Source: the human T2T-CHM13v2.0 reference genome, Homo sapiens. From it: DNA of 64,000 bases. Positions 53,311-64,000 of this stretch are shown one piece after another. The notes beneath the pieces were generated by a model, which worked only from the letters and a program-made list of their open reading frames with translations, was not told the DNA's origin and ran no database searches. The position numbers and the translations under genes are program-made. Position 1 is the stretch's first letter. Every line of letters begins with the position of its first letter. The DNA lies in assembly GCF_009914755.1 (NCBI RefSeq), contig NC_060928.1; one strand, 5' to 3'.

Positions 53311-53742
53311 TGTTAAAGCAAACTAAATATATGGCCTGACAAGGACTCTTTACTTCTACATTTGAGTCCTTGTGGACAAACCGTAACCTAGCTTGATAGT
53401 AAGAAAAGACTGAAAACCTAACTTAGGAGTATGTGCTTGTAACAATAGCTGAGTCTTAGCCCATCCCAGAGGCCACACTTCAACCACTCATAGACTGCTA
53501 AGTATTCAAACTGTGTTCAAATAAGGCAAACGCCAACCTGTAACCAATCCAGCTGTTTCTGTACCTCACTGCTGATTTCCTTATATCACTTCCCCTGTCA
53601 TGTCTATACATTTGTTCTGACCACGAGGTATCTCTGAAGTCTCTCTGAATCTGCTGATTCTGGGGGCTGCCTGATTCGCAAATCATTCATTACTCAATTA
53701 AACTCCTTTACAATTAATTTGCCTGAAATTTTTCTTTTAACG
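53311..53742 (+). mobile_element. MER57A-like ERV1 solo LTR
   Basis: 'tgttaaagcaaactaaata' start, 'caaataaggcaaacgccaacctgtaaccaatccagctg', 'ttttcttttaac' end; 4-bp TSD GGGG. Confidence 0.88.
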
Positions 53743-54029
53743 GGGGAAATGGGATGCAAATGATAAATGGGAATGAATGTTAAATATCTTCTTCAGTTCA
53801 TCACTTGCTTTAATAAGGAAATTTATATAAATATAAATTTTAATTTAGCTATTAAGAAGGTAGAAGTTTTCCAATTTCTTACAATCATGGCATTACAAAA
53901 AATCAGGGGAAGAACCCAAACTAACAAAGTTAGCTAATATTATACTCAAGAATGTATAAATGTTTAACTAAACATATGTAAGTTTCAACTCTTTCCATCT
54001 TTTTTTCATTCTTTTCCTTAATCTATTAT

Positions 54030-55110
54030 TCATTCATTTCTTAATTCACTTATTTAACTAATAGAACTAGATATCCAATACTAGGTAGGAACAATATTAG
54101 GTGTTGGAAATAAAATCTTGCTGCACATAGCTAATGAGGAAAACAAGTAACAACAACAAAAATACATTATTACACCATGTGTTAAGCATTATGCTAGAGA
54201 GAAGTACAGAGAACACAGACTGAGAGCAAGGTCATCTTCACCCACAATGGGGCAACCTCAACTAACAGGGCTGTCAGGAGATGTTTGTGAAGGATAAAAC
54301 CAGCACTGAGTTTCGAAGCAAAAGAATGAATGAGTGAGTACAAATAGAAAGATGTTGCAGGGAGGCATAGAGTGGCCTGTAGCCTTTTGAGAACTGCAAA
54401 CAGGTATCAGCGTGGATGAATGTTGAAATATGTAGGTGGGGGAAAGAAAAGGTTTTGTGAGCACGGCATAGGTTCTGTCAACACGTTTGGACTTTATCTC
54501 AAGGGCAAGTAGTGTCTAGAAAGATTTTTAAGTGCAAGAATAATAACATCACATTTAAGCTTGACATCTAAACATATATAACTAATAATCATCTCAAGTT
54601 CAACATAGGTCAAAAGATATCCATCATCTTCTCCTGAACTTCACTGTTCCCCCAGGCTTCTTCATTTCAATAAATAGCAGCGCCATTATCTATTGGAACC
54701 TCAAGCCAAAAACTTAGGCATCATTCCTACTTTTCTCTTTTACTCAAGCTTCAGATTCAATTCATTAACCAATTCACAGACACTAATTCTTAAACATATT
54801 CTGAATCCTTTCACTACTCTCCATGCCCACCCCTACAAGCTTAAACTGACATTTGTTTCATTGCCTCTGCAATAGCCTTCTACATAATTTGGAGTACCTA
54901 TCTAGTCTTTTTTTTTCACCACATGTATTTTAATTCTCTGCATAAGATCTATAACTCTCTGACGCTGTATTTTTTCTGCTTATTTGCTTGTTTTTATACA
55001 TCTCTTTCTAGAATGTAAATTCCCTGACACGAAACACTGGTCTTGTTCACCAACACATAGAACCCTATCTGGCAATTAGAATGTACTTACAAAATGTGCA
55101 CTACATTAGG
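54030..55110. mobile_element. L2 fragments in both orientations (minus about 54030-54560, plus about 54560-55110)
   Basis: 'ttcattcattt...' tail antisense; 'tttggactttatctc'; then 'tcaagccaaaaacttaggcatcattc' and 'ctagaatgtaaattccctga' sense. Confidence 0.6.
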
Positions 55111-55273
55111 GCACATTTAAAATGTAAGAATTATAAAAATATAAAAAATTAAATATAAAAATATAAGAATTATTATTCTGGAGACCATGTAAAATATAGT
55201 TTAGAGAGGGGCAAGCCTAGAGACAAGAGTGGTTAAAAGGTTTTGTTGTTGTTTTAATAAAAGTTCTTCTTTT

Positions 55274-55574
55274 GGCCGGGCGCGGTGGCTCACGCCTGTA
55301 ATCCCAGCACTTTGGGAGGCCGAGGTGGGCGGATCATGAGGTCAGGAGATCGAGACCATCCTGGCTAACACAATGAAACCCCATCTTTACTAAAAATACA
55401 AAAAATTAGCCGAGCGTGGTGGTGGGCGCCTGCAGTCCCAGCTACTCGCTACTCGGGAGGCTGAGGCAGGAGAATGGCATGAACCCAGGAGGCGGAGCTT
55501 GTAGTGAGCCCAGATGGCACCACTGCACAGCCTGGGTGACAGAGAGAGACTCTGTCTCAAAAAAGAAAAAAAAA
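55274..55574 (+). mobile_element. AluY
   Basis: 'gagatcgagaccatcctggctaacac', 'gagaatggcatgaaccc', 'ggagcttg'; TSD aaaagttcttctttt; 7-bp internal duplication gctactc. Confidence 0.96.
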
Positions 55575-55599
55575 AAAAGTTCTTCTTTTGCCCACTGCA

Positions 55600-56006
55600 T
55601 TAGTTTCAACTACAGCTTTGATGGGCAGTTCCTGCACCCTTGGCAGCAGGCTACTTCAAGTGTTTCACTTAATTTAGTTTTTCTGCCTCCAGGGATATGT
55701 GTAGATTAGCCCAGAAGTTAAGTAGAGTTAATGCACCTGGGACCAGCCTTTCAGCTAATGATGGAAAGGAACAGGAGATAAAAACCTGCTCCCCATCCTT
55801 CAGGGACACCTTTGAGACACACTCTACGTAGTTCTGCAGAACTTCCCCAGCACCATGAGCCCCATTGCTCACAGTGGTAGTCAGCACAATAACATATCTG
55901 TGATTGACTTTTCTTCCTTCCTTGTCTCACTCTTCCATCTACCTTAGTCCTGCTCTCCAATCAACTGAGGTCACTTCACCAATCACAGGAAACTCAGACT
56001 GATACA
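55600..56006 (+). mobile_element. LTR16-group ERVL LTR
   Basis: 'gagttaatgcacctgggacc', 'ccccattgctcacagtggta', 'ttccttccttgtctcactc'. Confidence 0.6.
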
Positions 56007-56220
56007 AGCCTTTCAGACGCTTTATCTCTCTGTACAGAGAGATAAAGATTTTCAAGCTCTTTGGGTGGTGAAATTGACAGGAATGTGAGATTGCTGCAAT
56101 GGTAAGATGGGAAGAAACTATGTGAGGGAAGAGTCAAGAATGATTCTCAGGTGTATGTTAATATAATCCATATTAGCATGAAAGAAGAAAGGGAATACAG
56201 TCAATAGCTCAATATCTCAG

Positions 56221-56473
56221 TTTTCTTTTTTAAAAAACTTTTATTTTAAGTTCAGGAGTCCAAGTACAGGTTTGTTTCATAGGCAAACTTGTGTCATGGG
56301 GATTTGTTGTATAGATTATTTCATCACTCCGGTATTAAGCCTAGTACCCATTAGTTATTTTTCCTGATCCTCTCCCTCCTCCCACTCTCCACCCTCTGAA
56401 AGGCCTCAGTGTGTGTTGTTCCCTTCTATGTGTCCATGTGTTCTCATCATTTAGCTCCCGCTAATAAGTGAGT
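56221..56473 (-). mobile_element. L1PA11-13-like 3' end fragment
   Basis: 'cttttattttaagttcagg...attaagcctagtacccattagttatttttcctgatcctctccc'. Confidence 0.85.
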
Positions 56474-57229
56474 CAAGCACGTGCACAAGTCCAGAAAGTA
56501 GCCAAATGTGAAAGTATGGAGCTCAGAAAAAATTCTGGAACACAACTACGGATTCTTGGAGTCAGCATCAGCTTGGTGTGGAAAATAGTTGAAGCAAAGG
56601 AGAAAAGAAGGTATTAAAAGAGAAATCGGTAGAATGAGAAAACAAGAAGAAAAAAATAGACCCTTGTACTAATTACCCCTTGGAGTCCTGAAATGAAGAC
56701 AATAAATGGCCACATCTGAATGGTCTCAGTTATTCAGTGGTACAGTGGTTTTACTACTTACTAACTGATGTTTTGTACTTTTATTAGTCTATGGTCAAAT
56801 ATTTTGACAGCTTGTTTAAGCACACATAAGCATAGTTCCCATTGTAAAAGAGTTTTGAAACTTTAAGATACTAACATGCTTTGAGAATTTTCAAAAAAGG
56901 GAAATATAATATGCGGTATTTTCCAATATTTATTTGATGTGTTTTTTTCCTCAAAGAACCACAGGAAATATTTTTTGGCATGTATTTACTTAGCTGTACT
57001 TGAAGGTTCTTTCTAGTTAGGGTATCCAATAATTACATTATCTAAAAGTTGAACTTGTCTCTAGGAATAGTTTTTTTCTGACCCTAAGGACAATGAACTC
57101 TTCACATCTCAAGGGTCCTATAAACTGCAATAAATGTAGAAGCCGAAATTAATTTGCCAAAGCAAATCATGGTATTAAAACATTCTTAGTGAAGCTTAAA
57201 GCATGAGAGGGAACATGAGAAAATATTCA

Positions 57230-57547
<318 letters not shown>

Positions 57548-58711
57548 TTATCTGGGCTCTCACAGGCTAAGCACCCCCATCCTTGCCTTCTCTAACCCCA
57601 GAGAGATTCAGCTACTGCAGGTTTCCAGGCCTGCAGACTCAGGCAAGTTTTGATGCCTCAACTCGGCTCACCCAACAAGGTCTGAGGATGAAGATCTTAG
57701 TCCTGCAGAAAATTTTCAAACCCCCTAGACGATATAATTGACCAAGCTGTGGCCTGAGTCTTTTTCCCCAGCTCTGATTGCTCCCTCTGATTGTCCCATT
57801 CTCTGATTGACACTTCCATTTTTATCTAGATAAGAAGGCTTGCCTTGGATTCTAGTTTTTTGCTTGTGGCTCTGACAGCCTGAAAAGCTCTTTGCTGGGG
57901 TCAGAGATGGAGTGTATGTAATCTGTGAAAGCTGTCCTTATACTGTAGCGTCTGATTTGTTTTAAACCAGATGGATTCTACTGTAACCAAACTCTAGCAT
58001 TCCACTGAGTATAAATATGCCACTACTTCGAGGTGCCTACTGCTATGCTCATCTATTTTAATGGCTACCCTAATGGAAGCATAAAATAAGACTGATTGCC
58101 AATGCTGTCAAGGACATTGTGATGTGAAGGCTATTAGTAAGCAAGCAAAATAGCTCTATATACAGATAAACATGCATACCATTATAGTGCATCCCCTTCA
58201 TAGATGAATCACTTATCCAGATTTTCCTAATAGAAACAGAGAGAAAAGACAGAGGGTGAGAGAAAAAAAAACAAAACCTTAAGAACATATTGCCCAAAAC
58301 CTAAGAGTGAGAGAGGGCAATGACACATGATCCCTTTCTGATTCATTCAACAGACTTTCACTGAGAACTATACATCAGACACTTCTATATGCAGGAAACA
58401 AAATTACCAAAAGAGAAATAAAAAAGCTCTCCCTTTATGCGCTATTCAGCAAGTATATTCATACCACATCTGCTCTTAAAGTACATTCAGCTTATCTGGA
58501 TAGACCCAATTAAGCACAGTCCATTTGTTTAAATATCAGATTTGAAACTTGCTTTTCTATAGTAAATAAGAAGACTAAAACCAAGAACAATTTTTGTTAG
58601 ACAAAGAATATGGCCATATAAATGTTTTATTTATGTCTGTTACATTTACTAAGAATTGAATGGAGTTTTAATGTGGAAATTTTAGAGACAAAGGAAAATA
58701 AAAGGTTTAAA

Positions 58712-58840
58712 TTTTTTTTTTGGAGAAATGGGGTCTCACTATGTTGCCCAGGCTTGTTTTGAACTCCTGAGATTAAGAAATCCTTCCACTTTGGCTTTCC
58801 AAAGTGCTGGGATTACCCCTGTGAGCCACTGTGCCCAGCC
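58712..58840 (-). mobile_element. FLAM_C / Alu left-arm monomer
   Basis: Poly-T then 'ggggtctcactatgttgcccagg...gtgagccactgtgcccagcc'. Confidence 0.85.
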
Positions 58841-59433
58841 AAGAAATTTTTTTGAATGCTATGCTGTCTAAAGAATTAATTTGTTCACAAGCATGATTAA
58901 TTATAATATAAATAACCAATAATAACTTTTATTTAATCGTCAATTTCAGTTCATGAGAAATTGAAAAAACAAGAAAATAGACAACTCAGGTGGGTGCCAT
59001 AAAAATTCTAAACAAAACCTGAGGAATCATATGTATTTTCCTCTCCTTGAACTCCTCTTTAGTATCTGGAAGGCTGTTTCCTTCTTTGAAAGTTTGTGAT
59101 CTGTGAAGACTCTTAGCTGCTCTTGGAACAAATATAACTTATTGCTCGGGGGGAATATTCCCTCATAACTTGATCCTGCTAATGGTTATCTAACCTATTT
59201 GATATCTCTTTGGTATTTGTTAGTTTATGTCATCTTCTTTTATAAAAATCTCATCTTATTTTGCTTTAACATCACCATTATTTCCCATTCTCCTTTTACT
59301 CATATTCTTTCTCAATCTATTTTTAATGTAACCATATCTTGAACATTTATATTACCCACACTCTTTAATTCAGTCCCTTTGTTATTCATTAATGAAACCT
59401 GGTTTCAAGATGCTTAGCTGATATAAAAGATAT

Positions 59434-59434
<1 letters not shown>

Positions 59435-59470
<36 letters not shown>
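59435..59470. repeat. (TAGA)9 microsatellite
   Basis: Read directly. Confidence 0.96.
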
Positions 59471-59471
<1 letters not shown>

Positions 59472-59837
59472 GGTTTGTAGCTATGGCGTCTACTCCATCA
59501 TTAATTAATTAATTTCTTAATCCAATTAAAATTTTAATGAAGTGGCCCTTTCCTATACGTGATCATCCCTGGTCCAACATGTGGCCTTGTTATTCCACCA
59601 TTTTGTCTGGAAAGATAATTAAGGTTAAAAGTATTTCAGCAGAACTGTAAATGTACTAGAAGTGAATGGATGACAGATAATAAAATCTTTTCTACTGAGC
59701 TTAAGAAAACAAAGGAAAAAAACAGATTAATTGAGGTAATGCTGTGGCGGCAGTTCAGAGATTCCAAGCATAGGAAGGTAGTTGGAGCTTGGGAACAAAT
59801 TAGAACCAGATAGTTAAACGTCAGTTTCTGTCCCTTT

Positions 59838-60320
59838 GTATCAATCCAATCCTCAGTGGCAATGAGTGTCACAATAATGTTGCATAAAAATATTTTTTTG
59901 AAGAGTGCATACGACAGTAATTTATTTTTCTTAGTCATAGGTCTGCAGGTTAGCTCGGGAAGCTTGCTTCAGGCTGCGGCTTGGCTGGGCTTGGTTGGGC
60001 TTCCCTGGGCTTCTCTCTAGGCTGAGAATCGAATTTAGGTTCTTTCCCATTCTGCTTGGACCAAAGGATACCTGGAGCATGTACTTCTCGTGATGAATCC
60101 CTAAATTACATGAGGCTGAGCAGAAATAAGGGGTATCTATTACAGCCTAAGCCTGCAAGTGCCATTCTGACCCTCCAATCTATATTCCATCGACCAAAGC
60201 AAGGAACATGGCCCAACGTCTTGGAGGACAAGAAAATATAATCCAAGTAGGAAGCACTACAAAATTACGTGGCAAAGGATTAGTCATAAAAATTAGTGAA
60301 TAATGATCCAATTCACCATA
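59838..60320 (-). mobile_element. Old MLT1 (I/J-like) LTR
   Basis: 'caataatgttgcataa', 'ggtctgcaggttagct', 'ttccatcgaccaaagcaag', 'aattacgtggcaaagg'. Confidence 0.55.
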
Positions 60321-60329
60321 TCCCTCATT

Positions 60330-61460
60330 CTGCCTTTTCATCCTGAATTATATAGAATAATTAAGGGCATCACAAGCCACACAGCCTCTCAGGCTAAAAG
60401 ACCCAGAATGCCTTTGACATATCCACATCCACAATTCCCTTTATCTAGTCAGTTACAGTTTTCTGAATTCTTTACTCTTACTTCCATCCCTTCCTTTGTT
60501 TTTATTATCATTGCTTGACTGTAGGTTTTATTTCCTTTGTGTTATTATATAAGTTTATGTTATCTTATAATACAAATGTGATTTATAAACATATATATAA
60601 TTTAAATGTAAATATTATTTATAAATAATTGCTATGTGCTCTAAACTGGTTTCTCTGCCCCCAACTTCTCCCCACTGTTACCCACTGTTCACATTTCACT
60701 TTCTGAGGTACAATTATGGTATTTTATACTCTTCTGAAAGATCTCTATTTATCATTTGCAGAGATTAAAATTCCTTTGCATGGAGTACAAGTCCTTTCAT
60801 AATCTTCTCCCAACTTATTTTTCAAGTTTAATTTTCTTCAATCACTCAGCATGAGCTCACACTCCAAATATAAACAACTACTTGTCATTCCTGTATAATA
60901 TGTGTATCTGTATATAGATTTTACCTTAGGACTTTCTCATAACTACCTCTTGAATTTCTGTCTGATTTCTTTTGACTCCACATTTCACGTTTCTGGGAAG
61001 TCTTAACTGAGTTAGTCATTCCTTCCCCTGTCCCACCACAATATTCTATGTATCTCATGTATTGTTTGCAATATTATGTGAATGCCTAGTATTAAGCATT
61101 ATATATACCATATTTTTATCCCTGCTTTGAAATATATGAGCTGGGCATTATTATCTCTATTTTACTGATTAAGAAATTAGGGTTAATAAAACTTAAGTAA
61201 CTTAGTCAAGGCTGATGTACTTTGTAAGAGAAAAGGACAGTGTTCAAAGACAGGTGCTTTTGACCCCATGGAATGAGTTTTCAAATGCTATGTTATAATG
61301 CTTCACAATGTATAATTACAGATTTTTATGTCTATCTACTTTTCTACTTGTGTGAATTAATCAAAACAGAGACCTAGTTTTATTCATTTTTGCAATGTTA
61401 CCAATCAGTATTCTTGTCTCCAGATATTTGTTAGATAAATTATAGAATGAATAAATAAAA
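60330..61460. mobile_element. Degenerate L2 (+) with an inserted MIR (-, about 61080-61300)
   Basis: 'tttgcatggagtacaagtcctttcataatc', 'ctattttactgattaagaaattaggg...aagtaacttagtcaagg', tail 'gaatgaataaat'. Confidence 0.55.
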
Positions 61461-62959
61461 AGTAAAGCAAAGTATAGAACAACTGATTGTCCATTGAAAG
61501 GTACCTAGGAGCATAGAAAAAGGAAAACAACAACAACAACAACAAAAGTGAAATATAAAGAAAAGACCTGGAATTCTGGAATTAGAAAGATTAGAATTGA
61601 GAGACAACTTAGATGGGGAGAAATTAGAGGTCTTTTCCTACTGGATACCAAGAGATATTGCCTTATAGATTCAAACATGTGCCCTCCAGAATTTCCAACG
61701 GGCTAAAGAAGACAATCTCAATGTATTATAGTGCATGCTTTGTTTCATTTTCTTCCTGCTATAAAAATGACTCTGTTCTGGTTTGAGAGAGAAAGTGTTT
61801 ACTTTTGCTTTTTGAATAATTTTCTGGGGAAAACTTTTATGTTTATGGTGGGGGAGGTGATGGAAAACTTTAAAATTGGCCTTATGATGCAGAACATTTT
61901 TAAACTGCTGTAAATAAATTATAAAGTGCTTTTCTTTTTCAGAGGTCTGATTCCTACTTCTCAGACTGTAATTGTTAACATAAACCCTTTAAGGCAGTTT
62001 GCCGTCATCTCCACCTGAATGTTCTATCTTGTTTTATCTGTGATTTTTCTCTTGCTTTATTACCTTAAAGAGCCCCTGGCTACTCTCTAATGAGAGAAAA
62101 TCAGGTTTCTATAGCCCAGGTCACCCTCTATTGCTTGAAGGTAGGAAGAAGAAAGTTCATTGGAAGGTAAAAAACAACAACAACAAAATCTAGCAGACCA
62201 AATCTCCTTAACATCCTATTGTAATTACCAAGAATTGCCTGTCTGATACTAAATTTTATTTTTGCTTGACCAAAATTAAAAAAAAAAAAAGAAGAAGAAG
62301 AAGAAGAAATAACAACAGTATAATATTTCCCCTTGGGGAATTAGCCTTATCTTGGTATTCTCTATCTCTCCTGTGATCTCTAAATGCTGACAAATCTGCT
62401 AAACAACAAGCCCTGGTGTTTCCTTCTGAACCCCCAAGTTATTTCCTTACAGCAGTTGGCCTGGGGCAAGGTTTTTCAATCAGTGTCAGCTTCAAGCCAG
62501 CAGCTTGCATCCTACTGCAAAATTTATGGAGCATGTTGATGAGAACAATGTGGCTGCCCGGGAAGATGACTGGGAATTGGCAGAGGAGTTTTGTAGGTCT
62601 GAGCTCTGCAGCTGGGCCATTGATTGTTCCTTCATCTGGTTGGACTTCAAAAGGTTGCATGCCTCGTTATCTGTTTTGCACTCCTAACCAAAAGCTACTT
62701 TGGGAGCACAAGATTCCGCTTAAAATACGTTAGTGTTTTCCACAACCCATCTCCGCTTTACAGAGATCACTCCTTTTCCAAGCTTCAAGTTACTAGCGTG
62801 ATAGGGGAGAGAAGAGAGTGAAGTATTTGACTGGTTAGGTACCTGATTTGTCTTGATGCAAATGACCAGGAGGTAAAAGAATGGGGTGTACTGAATGGTA
62901 GCAAAGCATCTGGCACACTGCCTACCATATAGTATACGCCAAGTGAGTACTTGGAGAGG

Positions 62960-63120
62960 AAATTAAGTGTAGACTCTGGATTTAAATTCTGGCACTATTC
63001 CTTTTCAGCTGTGTGGATGTTAGCAGGTACTTAACCTGCTAGTGTCTCTGTTTTCTTAGCTAAAACAATATTAATGCTTCCTAGGAATGATTTAAAAACT
63101 GTGTGAGAAAACGCATGCAC
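62960..63120 (+). mobile_element. MIR
   Basis: 'ctggatttaaattctggc...gctgtgtg...acttaacc...tctgttttctt'. Confidence 0.6.
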
Positions 63121-63336
63121 ATTCTTATAAGTATACATAGCTAGTGCTAAATTCGTGTATTTGCTGAAGAAGAACAACAAATAGAAAAAATTGATTCTAG
63201 CCACGTTGAAGGTCCATTTTCCCTCATTCTTCAAATAATATTTGAGATATGGGTAGAAATACCCACACTTTTTTATAGCCATTGCATCCCTGAAAGAAGG
63301 TACCTAAGAGAAAAAAGATCTGTCTTCTATGCAAAC

Positions 63337-63500
63337 TATATATATATGGTGTTTCTGTGTGTCTTTTATATATATATATCTCACATGTGTCATATACATA
63401 CATCTCACATATATATTATGTTGTGTATTTAGTATATGCTATGTTATATGTTTCTATATATATAAACATTTATTTCTTATATGTAATACATATAAATCTG
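63337..63500. repeat. TA-rich low-complexity tract
   Basis: Degenerate (TA)n and (TATG)n read directly. Confidence 0.75.
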
Positions 63501-64000
63501 ATTTTTTAGGTATAGACACATTGCATTATACAATATTTTATGATAACTTATTTTTAAGTCTACTTTTGATACTTCTGCTAAGTGAAATTGGTATGTTTGT
63601 AGAAAGGAGAATAATTTAAAATCTGAGTGTCTAGATTGTGGTTATATTTGTGTTAGCTGCCTGAGAGCTGACGTTGTGATATAACCTGGTTTTGAGAGTG
63701 TTTCATTAACTGGCTTTTCAGGAGACTATTTCATTTGGTTCAAAATATTATTTTCTGAGAAATACATTCTGGCTTTCTGATTCAGCGTGAAGGTGGAAAC
63801 CATCAGAGTTTAAACATAAGATAGGTGGGGATAGTGAAAGATTTTACTTTATAATTTGCTTGGCTCATATTATCAGTGTGAGTTTGCAATTCAGTTTTTG
63901 GTTAGTTGATTTAAATTCAGGTCTTCTCAGAAATAAACTGATGAAAAACCATGAGAGTTATTGATCATCTTCAGTGATATATACAACAAAGCAGTCCAAG

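Noticed and set aside
62278-62308. Poly-A plus (GAA)6 as a retrocopy tail
   Set aside because: No upstream retroelement body, processed-gene sequence or TSD found

Overview
This is AT-rich, CpG-poor primate nuclear DNA, most likely human or another great ape, judging by AluY-type copies, an L1PA2-type 3' end and HERV-H LTRs. It reads as intergenic or lncRNA territory. I found no protein-coding exon, tRNA, rRNA, CpG island or CRISPR-like array. The ORF track is explained by transposon remnants (L1 ORF2 C-terminus, MaLR ORF, Alu and LTR antisense frames) or by chance. LTR elements are dense: a full-length THE1 inside a full-length MST-type MaLR inside an old L1, several solo ERV LTRs, a truncated HERV-H keeping its 5' LTR, tRNA-His primer-binding site and splice donor, and a convergent solo LTR7. 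The most unusual structures are an AT-rich inverted repeat split by a short L1 that appears to carry a 15-nt inverted 5'UTR piece, a perfect 28-bp palindrome, a TGACAG motif cluster and several templated-insertion scars. I see no support for a wholly new biological system. Subfamily names come from my recall of consensus sequences and need RepeatMasker/Dfam confirmation; boundaries of old elements are approximate.
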